A DNA stretch of 64,000 nt from an uncultured Pseudomonadota bacterium (lineage in GTDB: Bacteria; Myxococcota_A; Polyangia; Fen-1088). Of the stretch, positions 50,687 to 62,975 are shown piece by piece. Every line of letters starts with the position of its first letter. Position 1 is the stretch's first letter. The notes beneath the pieces were generated by a model. That model made no database searches, was not told the DNA's origin, and worked only from the letters and a program-made list of their open reading frames with translations. A program made the translations under genes and the position numbers. The stretch lies in NCBI GenBank assembly GCA_963725905.1, contig CAVSAG010000001.1:380748-444747 (forward strand). The letters are read 5' to 3'.

Positions 50687-52821
50687 GCCCTGACCCTGCC
50701 GCGCCGAAACCGCAGCGTCAACAGCGACTCGAGGAGCACCAGCGCGATCGCCGCGGCGCCGAGCGCGTGCCAGAGCTCGAGCTTGCGGCGGGGCGCGGTG
50801 CCGGCGGCCCCGGGCGCCGCCGCGCGGTCGGGGCGCTTGTCGTCGGCGAGCCGTGCCGGATCCGACTCGCGCGTGTCGAGGTTGACCACGAAGGCGGCGT
50901 CGGGCCGCTCGCTGATCGTGCCGTCTCCCCGCGCGGCCCGGACCCGGTAAAAGCCGGGTTCGTCGGTCTCGGCGAAGACGAGCGCGCGGCGCGCGTGCGC
51001 GTCGCCGTGCGCCGGCGGCGTCAGCCAGCGGGATTCGCCCGCCGGCGGGACGACCTCGATGCGACGATCGTCGGGCTCGAGCGCGATCTCCCGCTTGCCC
51101 CCGACGGTGACGGCGGCCGCCGCTTCGCCCGAGGGCGCGCCGGCGAGGTAGCGGGCCGCCTCCTGAATCAGCGGAAGAAACCCCGGGCGAATGGGCAGGT
51201 CGGTCCACTCGCGGTCGACGGTGGTCGTCAGGAGAAGGACGCGGCCGCGCCCGATCTCCGCCTCGACCAGCGCGGGCGAGCCGCTGTCGTAGCGCAGCAC
51301 GACCTGGCGTCCGGGCGCGTCGGGCAGCGGTGAGAGCAGCATGTACTGGAAGAAGCGCGCCGAGGAGAGCCCGTCCCCGTGCGCCGGGAACGCCGAAAGC
51401 AGCGGGTGGTGGCGATCGATCGGGGCCAGGCGCTCGGCGGGCCGGAGATCGACCGTCTCCCCCTCCGAGCGCGCCCCGGGCAGGGCGGCGGCGCTCCGCT
51501 TGAGGCCGAGCGGCTGCGGCAAGATCTTCCCCAACAACTGATTCCAGCCGTCGGTGTCGACGCGATCGCCGACGGAGATGAAGAGACCGCCGCCGGCCTC
51601 CACGTAATGCACCAGCGCGGCGGCGACGGCCTGGGACGGGCGGTTCACGTTGCAGAGGAAGATGGCGCCGAAAGCCGTGAGGTCGCGTCCCCCGAGATCG
51701 TCGGGTAGCGTGCTGGTGAGCGAGAACCCGCTGCCGCCCGCGCGCAGCGCCGCCTCGAGGAAGAAGGTCTCGTCCTCGGTACGGACGGTGCGCGGATCGC
51801 CGTCGACGACCAGCACCCGCAGCCCGCGCGAGGCCTCGACCAGGCAGGCGCGCCGGTCGTCGAGCGGGAAGGCGTCCTTGTCGATCGCCACCTCGGCCTC
51901 GTGCGCGCTGCCGCCCGCGGTGGTGAGGACGAAGCGCTTGCGGGCGCGGCCGGCCGCCGGGACGTCGACGAAGCCGCGCGCGACCTCGGCGCCGTCGAGC
52001 GCCAGGGTGACCCCCAGGTTGTGGACCGGGTCGGGCGAGAAGTTGGCGATCTCGGCCACCACCGCGATCCCCTGCGCCCCTTCTTCGGGGGCCGGCTCGG
52101 CCGAGAGGGCGACCACCGCCCGGTTGGTCCAGGCGGCGCCGCCGCTGGCGTCGAGCACGACGACCTGGGGCGCGCCGATCTGGGCGGCGGGGGTCACGTC
52201 GTCCCAGCCCGCGGCCTGCAGATCGGTGGCGAGATAGATGAGGCGGTCGGCGCGCATCGAGCCGGTCAGGATCTGCGTCGCCCGCCGCAGCGCCGCGGCG
52301 AAGTCGGCGCGGCGGGCGGAACAGGGGACGGCGTCGAGCGCGGCGACGATTCGTCCGCGATCGCTGCTGAGCTCGGCGATGGGCGGGGCCGACCCCTCCG
52401 ACGCCAGGACCAGGGCGATCTCGGAGTCGGGCGACAGGTGCTCGATGACGGCGCGCGCCCTGGCGCGGGCCACCTCGAAAGGTGTCCCGCCGTCCTTGGC
52501 GTGCCGGCGCATGCTGGCCGAGTCGTCGAGGATCACCACGGCGCTCTGCGAGCGGCCGGTGACCGCCGGCAGATCGGAGCGGACCTCCGCGAACGGGCGG
52601 GCGAACGCGAGCGGCAGCGCCATCGCCAGGCCGGTGCGCGCGATGAGCAGCAGGGCGTCGCGCAGGCGGCGGCGCGCCGACACCTCGCGCTCCGCGCGCA
52701 GGAGCAGCTCCATCGCCGCGAACCGGACCGGCCGGGCGCGCCGGCGACCGATCCGGTGAATGAGGGTGGGGAGCGCGGCGGCCACGAGGCCGAGCAGCAA
52801 CATGGGGGCGAGGAAGTGCAC
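50683..52821 (-). CDS. BatA N-terminal + VWA domain membrane protein
   Basis: MHFLAP..LPTLIH..RF..LAFARP; ILDDSASM; ATDLQ; VNLDTRESD. Confidence 0.88.
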   Translation of the reverse strand: MHFLAPMLLLGLVAAALPTLIHRIGRRRARPVRFAAMELLLRAEREVSARRRLRDALLLIARTGLAMALPLAFARPFAEVRSDLPAVTGRSQSAVVILDDSASMRRHAKDGGTPFEVARARARAVIEHLSPDSEIALVLASEGSAPPIAELSSDRGRIVAALDAVPCSARRADFAAALRRATQILTGSMRADRLIYLATDLQAAGWDDVTPAAQIGAPQVVVLDASGGAAWTNRAVVALSAEPAPEEGAQGIAVVAEIANFSPDPVHNLGVTLALDGAEVARGFVDVPAAGRARKRFVLTTAGGSAHEAEVAIDKDAFPLDDRRACLVEASRGLRVLVVDGDPRTVRTEDETFFLEAALRAGGSGFSLTSTLPDDLGGRDLTAFGAIFLCNVNRPSQAVAAALVHYVEAGGGLFISVGDRVDTDGWNQLLGKILPQPLGLKRSAAALPGARSEGETVDLRPAERLAPIDRHHPLLSAFPAHGDGLSSARFFQYMLLSPLPDAPGRQVVLRYDSGSPALVEAEIGRGRVLLLTTTVDREWTDLPIRPGFLPLIQEAARYLAGAPSGEAAAAVTVGGKREIALEPDDRRIEVVPPAGESRWLTPPAHGDAHARRALVFAETDEPGFYRVRAARGDGTISERPDAAFVVNLDTRESDPARLADDKRPDRAAAPGAAGTAPRRKLELWHALGAAAIALVLLESLLTLRFRRGRVRA

Positions 52822-52833
52822 CGCTGTCTCCGA

Positions 52834-53731
52834 CTATTTGCGCGCCCGCTGGCGGGCGAAGAGAAAGGCGCGCAGCACGTCGGCCGGGGGATCGGCCGTG
52901 GTCGCGAACTGGTACTCGACGCGCGCCTCGACGCAGATCCGCCGCCAGCGCTCGCGCAGCGCCGCCGACTCGCGCTCGAACGAGGCCGCCAGGTCGCGCG
53001 GATCGACCAGCAGCCGGCGCGCGTCGTCGGGCTCCATCGCCTCGAAGTTGGTCACCTCCTCGAACGGCAGCGAGACCTCGTCGGGGTCGAGGATCTGGAA
53101 CAGCGCCACGTCGTGCCCGCGCGAGCGGAGCTGGCGCAGCCGGTCCGCCAGGTCATCCGGCGCGTCGAGCAGATCGGTGAACACGACGATGAGGCTCCGC
53201 CGCTCGGCAGAGCTCGCCGACGTAGCCGAGCGCGCGCCCGGGCTCGGTCCGTCCCGCCGGGTAGACGGCGTCGAGCGCCACCAGCAGATCGCGGATGTGC
53301 CCTCCGCGTGTGCGCGGCGGCAGGTACTGGCGCGTGACGGCGTCGAACAGCAGGAGGCCGGCCGGGTCTCCCTGCTGCGCCAGGAGATAGGCCAGCGCGG
53401 CCGCCAGGTAGCTGGCGTAGGCCAGTTTGGTCGGCCCCTTGCGCCCGTAGCCCATCGACGCCGAGGCGTCGAGCAAGAGGAAGGTGCGCATCTCGGTCTC
53501 GTCCTCGAAGCGCTTCAGGTAGTAGCGATCGATCCGCCCGACCGCCTTCCAGTCGATGCGTCGGATGTCGTCGCCGGGGGCGTACTCCTTGTGCTCGGAG
53601 AACTCGATCGACGCGCCGGCGTGTGGGTTCTGGTGCAGCCCGGCGAAGGCGCCCTCGACGATCACGCGCGCCCGCACGCTCATCGATTCCAGCCGGGCGA
53701 TGTCCTGCGGATCGAGCGCCAGCGTGGGCAT
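52834..53731 (-). CDS. DUF58 protein (frameshift near 53195)
   Basis: EFSEHKEYAPGDDIRRIDWK..LLDASASM; C-terminal part FTDLL..ILDPDE. Confidence 0.9.
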
Positions 53732-53746
53732 CCCCGACCGTGCTCC

Positions 53747-54778
<1,032 letters not shown>

Positions 54779-54935
54779 GCGCGGCCAGAATGCCATGCGC
54801 CGCGGGCGGTTGCCATGGCGGGCGGCAGCCGGGCCGTCCACCGGGGCCGTCCACCAATTGAACGGCCGGCTCGGGGATCGCCGGATTTCTTACCTCGCGG
54901 TGCGGCGCCGGCCCGCCCCCGCTCGGCCGTTTGAA

Positions 54936-54951
54936 CGGCACCGTCATTGCT
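54936..54951 (+). promoter_or_regulatory. Sigma54 -24/-12 promoter
   Basis: CGGCAC-CGTCA-TTGCT upstream of the NarL-type regulator. Confidence 0.6.
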
Positions 54952-54998
54952 ACGTCGAGGGTGAACTCTCGCGGCTACGTCGAGGGTGAACTCTCGCG
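54949..54998 (+). repeat. Perfect 25-bp tandem duplication
   Basis: GCTACGTCGAGGGTGAACTCTCGCG twice. Confidence 0.9.
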
Positions 54999-55019
54999 CG
55001 AGCGGGAAAAGGAGCGCAC

Positions 55020-55715
55020 GTGAAGCTGCTGCTGGTGGACCCTTCGTCGATTTTCCGGATGGGCTTGCGGGCCGCCTTGGCCGAGACGCCGGGAGGCGGC
55101 GACCTGAAGGTGGTGGGCGAGTGCGCCGACGGCGCGACGGCGCTGGCGCTGGCCGCCACCCTGGCCCCCGACCTGGTGATCTCGGACCTTCACCTCGGCG
55201 ATAGGAACGGGATCGCGCTTGGTCGGGAGCTCGGGCGCCTGGCGCCGCCCGTGCGGGTGCTCATCCTGGCGACGCACGGGCCGGAGGCGATCGTCCATCA
55301 GGCCTTCAGCGCCGGCGTGGTCGGCTACGCGCTCAAGTCTCAGACGGCCGACGAGCTGGTCGCCGCCATCCGCAGCGTCGGGCTGGGCGAGCCGGTTCTG
55401 CCGCCGGGCGTCTCGGTGCCACCGCCGCGCGTGGTGGGGGGCGAGAAGAGCGGCGTGACGCACGCGATCGAGCGGCTCTCCCAGCGCGAGCGGCAGATCT
55501 TCGACCTGGTGGTCTGGGGGAGCTCGAACAAGCAGATCGCCGGACGCCTCGGCATCAGCATCAAGACGGTCGAGACCCACCGCGGCCACATCAACGGCAA
55601 GCTGCGCGTTCACACCAGCGCCGACATCGTCCGGCTGGCGTCGCTGTGGGGAATGCTCGCGACGGCGCCCAGCCAGAGCGCGGCCAACGGCACGAACGGC
55701 ACCCTGCGCCAGTAA
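55020..55715 (+). CDS. NarL/LuxR-family response regulator
   Basis: Receiver domain plus LSQRERQIF..SNKQIAGRLGISIKTVETHR. Confidence 0.92.
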   Translation: MKLLLVDPSSIFRMGLRAALAETPGGGDLKVVGECADGATALALAATLAPDLVISDLHLGDRNGIALGRELGRLAPPVRVLILATHGPEAIVHQAFSAGVVGYALKSQTADELVAAIRSVGLGEPVLPPGVSVPPPRVVGGEKSGVTHAIERLSQRERQIFDLVVWGSSNKQIAGRLGISIKTVETHRGHINGKLRVHTSADIVRLASLWGMLATAPSQSAANGTNGTLRQ

Positions 55716-55720
55716 CTCTG

Positions 55721-57103
<1,383 letters not shown>

Positions 57104-57107
<4 letters not shown>

Positions 57108-58602
57108 CGCACCACCGGGATCTGGAGCTCGAAGACGGCGCCGGGGGGATCGGGGCGGTTGGCGGCGACGATGCGGCCGCCGTGCTCGAGCAGGATGTTC
57201 TGGCTGACCGCCAGCCCGAGGCCGTGCCCCTCGGGCTTGGTGGTGAAGAACGGCTTGAACAGCTCGCGCTCGCGCTCGGCGGGGATGCCGGCGCCGCGAT
57301 CGCGCACCCGCACCGCGATCTCGTCCCGCCCCAGGCTGGACGCGCGCGCCGCCTCGACCTCGATCGCGCCGCCGCCCGCCGGCGTCGCCTCCGCGGCGTT
57401 GACGATCAGGTTGACCAGCGCCTGCGTAACCAACTGCGGGTCGACCTCCAGCGGCGGAAGGTCGGGCTCCTCGCGCCGCGCGATCTGTATCTGGTGGCGC
57501 GCCAGCGCCGGGCGCGGACGCCTCCAGCGCGGCGTCGACCAGGCTGCCGATGGTGCAGAGCTCGAACCGGGGCGCCAGCGGCCGGGCGTAGTTCATGAGC
57601 CGCCGGACCAGCCCCTCGACGCGCGTGATCTCGCGATCGAGCGCGCGCGCCGTGTCGACCACCGGACCGCCGCCCGGTGCGGCCGCCCCCTGGCGCTCGA
57701 GCAGCTGCGTGGCCGCCTTCATCCCGGCCAGCGGGTTCAGGACCTCGTGCGCCAGCTTGGCGGCCAGCTCGCCGACCGCCGACAGCTTCTCGCTCTGCAC
57801 CAGGCGCCGACGGTGCTCGAACAGCGCCGCGTCGGTCTCCTCCAGCTTCTCGACGATGGCGCTCACCTGGTCGCCCAGCGTCTCCAGCCCCGCGCGTCCG
57901 GGCAGGAGGTGGATGCGCGTCCGCTCGGCCGCCGACTCGACCTGCACCTCGAGCTCGGTGATCGGCTTGGTGATGCGCCGGGCCCAGAGGAACCCGACCA
58001 GGAGGCTCGCGACTGCGCCGGCCACGCTGGTCGCCACCAGCACGTCGGCGAGCCGCCGCACGGACTGCTCGGCGCCGGCCAGCGTCGTCTCGGCGTCGGC
58101 GCGCGCGCCGCGGCCGAACTCGGCGAACAGATCGCGCAGCGCGCTGCGCTTGGGCGTGGTTGCTGCAGCAGCGCGGCCTTGGCCTCGGCCGGGTGGCCGG
58201 CATCGTAGAGGGCGACCGCCTCGCGGCGCGCCCGATCGTAGGCGAGATACTCGGACTGGATCTCGCCGAGCAGCCGCTCCGAGTCCGGCGCCCGCCCACC
58301 TTGCCGTGCATGCGGCGGAGCCACGACTCGAACGCCGGCCGGTTGCTCTCGAGCTCGGCCAGCCAGGCGCGGTTGCCCGTCAACAGGTACTCGGCGACGA
58401 ACCCCTTTTGATACAGGAACGCGCTCATCGCCGCCGCGTCGTCGATGAGCGCCAGCTGCCGGCTGACCGCGATCCGCGCCACCGCCGAGGCGTTCCCCAG
58501 CGAGAACAGGCCGACCGCGCAGACGACGCCGACGGCGAGCGCCGTCCCCAGCGAGGCCAGCGCCAGCCGGGCCGACAGCGCCGCCGACCGCGATCTGCGC
58601 AT
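57104..58602 (-). CDS. Membrane sensor histidine kinase (several frameshifts)
   Basis: Two TM segments; EKLSAVGELAAKLAHEVLNPL; NLIVNA; DRGAGI; PFFTTKPEGHGLGL. Confidence 0.9.
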
Positions 58603-58618
58603 GGTTCGCAGTATGACG

Positions 58619-59152
58619 TCAGCGCGGGCTCAGCGCACGATCAGATCGTCGCGGCGGTTCTTGGCGTGCGCGTCGTCGTCGTGGCCCGGGTACTTCGGCC
58701 GCTCCGATCCGTAGCTGACCGTCTTCACCTTGGCGTTCGGCACGCCCAGGTGGACCAGATAGCTCTTGGCCGCGCGTGCCCGCTCTTCGCCGAGCGCCAT
58801 GTTGTACTCGATCGTGCCGAGCTCGTCGCAGTTGCCGTCGATCTCCAGATTGCGCGTTCTGTTTTCCCTTCACCTCGTCGGCGATCTTCTGCAGGACCGA
58901 GTGCGCGTCCGAGCGGAGCGTCTACGAATCGAAGTCGAAGTAGATGGCAGGCTCTTGATTCTCTGCCGTCGGCGCCTGGGGAGCCTCGGCTGGCGGCTCC
59001 GGCGGGGACTGCCGGGGCGCGACGCGGGCCGCGACCGGCGGCGACGGGCGCGCGGGAGGCGCCTTCTGCTCGTGCGAACAGCCGAGCGCCGCGCCGAGCA
59101 AGAGGCCCGACGAAAGCGCGACCAATCCAGATCCAGACCGTAGCGAGCTCAT
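58619..59152 (-). CDS. pal: Peptidoglycan-associated lipoprotein, OmpA/Pal family (frameshifted)
   Basis: ALGC lipobox; IYFDFDS; in another frame [37 protein letters not shown]. Confidence 0.85.
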
Positions 59153-59427
59153 GCTGAACCTCCAGAGGGTGAGACCAAAGGAACCTCCACGAACGACCAG
59201 AACTGGCTGCGCAGCACCTGCAGGCGCTCGAACGACTCCCGCCCGTTGATGGAGACCAGGTACTGCAGCTTGGAGAGCAGGGTGGCCGGCTCGGCGCGCG
59301 TCAGCAGCGTGTTCGACGGCTGGACGATCGGGCGCCCGTTCTCCCCCTCCCAGACGACGTGGCCGACGACGATGAAGTCGCCTGCACTTTTTTGTCGGGG
59401 GTGAAACCGTGCCTCCAGGACGCGCAA
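59149..59427 (-). CDS. Small hypothetical protein; start uncertain
   Basis: Protein-like sequence (DFIVVGHVVWEG..LRSQFWSFVEV); stop overlaps pal ATG. Confidence 0.55.
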   Translation of the reverse strand: MRVLEARFHPRQKSAGDFIVVGHVVWEGENGRPIVQPSNTLLTRAEPATLLSKLQYLVSINGRESFERLQVLRSQFWSFVEVPLVSPSGGSA

Positions 59428-59443
59428 AGTGACTCGGTTCGAG

Positions 59444-59459
59444 TGCAAGCGGTGTGCCC
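59444..59459 (-). promoter_or_regulatory. Sigma54 -24/-12 promoter
   Basis: GGGCAC-ACCGC-TTGCA on minus strand ahead of orf-pal-HK-NtrC. Confidence 0.6.
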
Positions 59460-59598
59460 CAGGGCGCCCGCCCGCGCCCGTGGGGCGGCCCGCGGACGCT
59501 GGTCGAAGACTGTGCGGGCGGGGGTGCGACTGGCCGATTCGTTGACGCTGCGGCCGTCGAGCTTCTCGTGATATTGAATGCCCTCGGGAGGACGGCCA

Positions 59599-60069
59599 AT
59601 GCAGCGTGTGCGTCAATTCTTGCTGGTGGGGTTCCTGGCGACGACGGTGTTCGGAGCGCTGGCCCTCGCGCCCCGGACGGCGGCCGCCGGCGGCCGGATC
59701 GTGGTCAGCGACGCCGAGTTCGGCTCCTACGGCTCGGAGAAGGAGCTGGCGGCGGCCCTCAAGAAGCAGGGGAAGACGACCTTCAAGGGGGACGGCGCCT
59801 GGCAGCTGAACATGATGATCTTCCTGGGCGCCGCCGCGGGCGGCAACAAGATCAACATCGTCTACTACGACGTCTCCAAGCACCCGCCCGATCAGGTCAA
59901 CTTCACCGAGGTGGGCGTCAAGCCCGACCAGAAGATCGTGCAGCTGAACGGTCAGGCGATCTCGTCGGACATGGGCTTCGTCAAGGGGCACAAGTACGAG
60001 GTCAGGGCCACTCGAGTGATCGGCGGTAAGGAAAAGGTCTACGCCAAGACCACGATCACGCTGAAGTGA
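59599..60069 (+). CDS. Secreted hypothetical protein (beta-rich)
   Basis: GGAGG RBS; signal peptide; high third-position GC; GTGA overlap with GH3. Confidence 0.8.
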   Translation: MQRVRQFLLVGFLATTVFGALALAPRTAAAGGRIVVSDAEFGSYGSEKELAAALKKQGKTTFKGDGAWQLNMMIFLGAAAGGNKINIVYYDVSKHPPDQVNFTEVGVKPDQKIVQLNGQAISSDMGFVKGHKYEVRATRVIGGKEKVYAKTTITLK

Positions 60070-62267
60070 CGAGATCGACCGCGGCGCGCGCGATCGCGGC
60101 GCTCTCGCTGGCGGTCGCGGGCTGCGTGCCCGCCCCACGTCCGGGAAGACCGGACGACGGCGGCCCCTTTCGGGACCCGCGCCGCCCGGCCGCCCAGCGC
60201 GCCGCCGATCTGGTACGGCGCCTCACCGCCCAGGAGAAGATCGGGCAGTTGATGACGGCAGCGCCCGCGATCCCTCGCCTGGGCCTGCCGGCGTATGACT
60301 GGTGGAGCGAGGCGCTGCACGGCGTGGCGCGTGCCGGACGGGCGACGGTCTTCCCGCAGGCGATCGCGCTCGGGGCCACGTTCGACGAACCGCTTTTGCG
60401 CCGGGTGGCGGCGGCGATCTCCGACGAGGCGCGGGCGAAGTTCAATTTGGCTGCGGCGGGCGGTGCCCGCGGGCGCTACCAGGGGCTGACGTTCTTCTCC
60501 CCCAACCTCAACATCTTCCGCGATCCGCGCTGGGGGCGCGGCCAGGAGACCTACGGCGAAGATCCGTTGCTGACGTCGCGGCTCGGAGTGGCCTTCATCG
60601 CCGGGATGCAGGGGGACGATCCGCGCTGGTTGAAGACGGTCGCCACCGCCAAGCACTTCGCCGTGCACAGCGGACCGGAGGCCGACCGGCACGTCTTCGA
60701 CGCGCGTCCGAGCGACCACGATCTGGTCGACACCTACCTGCCGCAGTTCGAGGCGGCCGTGCGCCAGGGGCACGTCGGGTCGGTGATGGCGGCCTACAAC
60801 CGCCTCGACGGCCAGCCGTGCGCCGCCAGCCCGCGGTTGCTCGACGAGACGCTGCGCAAGGTCTGGGGATTCGGCGGCTACGTCGTCGGCGACTGCGGCG
60901 CCGTCAGCGACATCTTCGCCACGCACCACGTGGCGCCGTCGGCGGCCGCGGCCGCCGCGGCGGCGCTGCGCGCGGGGACCGATCTCGATTGCGGGCGGGC
61001 GTACGCGGCGCTCGGTCCGGCGCTGGCGGGTGGTCTCGTCAGCGAGGCGGATCTCGATCGGGCGCTGGTGCGGCTCTTCACCGCGCGCTTCCGGTTGGGT
61101 CTCTTCGATGAGACGGTCCCCACGCCCTGGTCGGCCCTCGGCGAGGAGACCGTCGATTCTCCCGCGCACCGGCAACTGGCGCGCGAGGCGGCGGCGCGCG
61201 CGGTGGTGCTGTTGGAGAACCGCAACGCAACGCTGCCGCTCCGCCCGGGCGTCCGGCGGATCGCCGTCGTCGGACCCACCGCCGACGACCAGGAGGCGCT
61301 GCTCGCCAACTACCACGGCACGCCGTCGCACGCGGTGACGCTGCTGGAAGGGATCCGGGCCGCGGCGCGCGCGCACGACGCGACGGTCCGCTACGCGCGC
61401 GGCGCCACCCTGGCGGGGGGCGGCCGTTCGAGCGCGCAGCTCCACGAGGCAGTGGCCGCCGCCCGCAAGAGCGATGTCGTGGTCGCCGTCGTGGGGCTCG
61501 ATCCGCGGCTCGAGGGCGAGGAGCATGACAGCGCGCTCAACCCCGCGGGCGACCGACGCGATCTCGGTCTGCCGGCATCGCAGGAGAAGCTGATCGAGGC
61601 GCTGGTGGCGACCGGCAAGCCGGTGATCGTGGTGCTCACCGGCGGGAGCGCGCTGGCGGTGCCGTTCGCCGCCGCGCACGCCGCCGCGCTGCTCGACGCC
61701 TGGTATCCGGGTGAGGAGGGGGGCAACGCTGTCGCCGACGTCCTCTTCGGTGCGGTAAATCCGGCCGGCCGCCTGCCGATCACGTTCTACCGATCGGTCG
61801 CCGATCTGCCGCCGTTCGCCGACTACGGCATGCGCGGGCGCACCTACCGGTACCTGACCGCGGAGCCGCTCTACCGGTTCGGTGACGGCCTCTCGTACAC
61901 GACCTTCCGTTACGCAAACCTGGCCGTCGCGCCCGACGCGAAGACGATCACCGTCGAGGTCCAGAACACCGGCGCGCGGGCCGGAGACGAGGTGGTTCAG
62001 GTCTACCTGCTGCCGCGCGATCCGCCGGCGTACGCGCCGCGCCGCTGGCTCGTCGCTTTCGCGCGGGTCCCGCTCGCCGCGGGGGAGCGGCGGGTCCTCT
62101 CGCTGGCGCTGCCGCCGCAGGCGCTGACGCTGGTCGACGGGCGCGGCGTGCGCCAGCCACTCGTCGGGGCGGTCGACGTCGCGGTCGGCGGCGGGCAGCC
62201 CGATCGCGACGGTCGCTACGCCGACGGCGCCCGAGGCCTGACGGCCTCGGTGCGCCTCGGGACGTGA
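60066..62267 (+). CDS. GH3 beta-xylosidase/beta-glucosidase lipoprotein
   Basis: WWSEALHGV, NIFRDPRWGRGQETYGEDP, AKHFAVH, VVGDCGA, EGEE, WYPGEEGG. Confidence 0.93.
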   Translation: MTRSTAARAIAALSLAVAGCVPAPRPGRPDDGGPFRDPRRPAAQRAADLVRRLTAQEKIGQLMTAAPAIPRLGLPAYDWWSEALHGVARAGRATVFPQAIALGATFDEPLLRRVAAAISDEARAKFNLAAAGGARGRYQGLTFFSPNLNIFRDPRWGRGQETYGEDPLLTSRLGVAFIAGMQGDDPRWLKTVATAKHFAVHSGPEADRHVFDARPSDHDLVDTYLPQFEAAVRQGHVGSVMAAYNRLDGQPCAASPRLLDETLRKVWGFGGYVVGDCGAVSDIFATHHVAPSAAAAAAAALRAGTDLDCGRAYAALGPALAGGLVSEADLDRALVRLFTARFRLGLFDETVPTPWSALGEETVDSPAHRQLAREAAARAVVLLENRNATLPLRPGVRRIAVVGPTADDQEALLANYHGTPSHAVTLLEGIRAAARAHDATVRYARGATLAGGGRSSAQLHEAVAAARKSDVVVAVVGLDPRLEGEEHDSALNPAGDRRDLGLPASQEKLIEALVATGKPVIVVLTGGSALAVPFAAAHAAALLDAWYPGEEGGNAVADVLFGAVNPAGRLPITFYRSVADLPPFADYGMRGRTYRYLTAEPLYRFGDGLSYTTFRYANLAVAPDAKTITVEVQNTGARAGDEVVQVYLLPRDPPAYAPRRWLVAFARVPLAAGERRVLSLALPPQALTLVDGRGVRQPLVGAVDVAVGGGQPDRDGRYADGARGLTASVRLGT

Positions 62268-62270
62268 GGC

Positions 62271-62873
62271 CTACCGGAAGAAGTAGGTGAACCCGAGACC
62301 GCCGGTCGTCTGGCCGTTCAGCGTGAAGCTGGTGGGAGCGTTGTTGTCGCCGAACGAGATGGCGAAACCGACACGGCACGAGAGCGCGAAATTCGGGCTC
62401 AGGAAGACCCGCGCCTCGGCGCCCGGCTCCAGCGTGAAGCCGGTGGACGAATTGCCGGCGCCCATTGCCGACGCGTAGATCAAACCGGCACCACCGCCAA
62501 CGGAGAAGTCGGCGTTGGTCCCTCTGGCCAGGTGGTACCAGCCGGCGACGCCGACCGAGACGCCGGTCGTGGATGCGCCGTTCTGCGAGGTGTGGTTGAA
62601 CCCCAGTACGCCCTCGATGTGGAAAACGGGCATGTCGTAGACGAATTCGGCGCCAGTGAGAGGATTGGGGTTGTTCCCGACCGTGGGGGCAAGCCACACC
62701 TCGGCGCCGACGCCGATCGCCCCGCTCCCCACCGACGTGATCGGTGCGGAGTTGGCGGGCGGTGTGGTGGCCGGAGGCGGCGGCGACGATTCCTGCGCGG
62801 AGACGGGAGCTGCGGCCAGGCATACGAGCAGCCCGGCGAGCAACGAGGATGAGACGAGAAGGGGCTTTTTCAT
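62271..62873 (-). CDS. Small outer-membrane beta-barrel protein
   Basis: Signal peptide; alternating amphipathic strands; C-terminal GFTYFFR. Confidence 0.75.
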   Translation of the reverse strand: MKKPLLVSSSLLAGLLVCLAAAPVSAQESSPPPPATTPPANSAPITSVGSGAIGVGAEVWLAPTVGNNPNPLTGAEFVYDMPVFHIEGVLGFNHTSQNGASTTGVSVGVAGWYHLARGTNADFSVGGGAGLIYASAMGAGNSSTGFTLEPGAEARVFLSPNFALSCRVGFAISFGDNNAPTSFTLNGQTTGGLGFTYFFR

Positions 62874-62975
62874 CTGATCACCTCAGGGTTTCATGGATGT
62901 CCGACAAGGTCAGTCGCCGGCTCAGCCAGTATCGCCCCCTCGTCGAGGTCGTCAAATTCGCGGCGGTCGCGCGCG

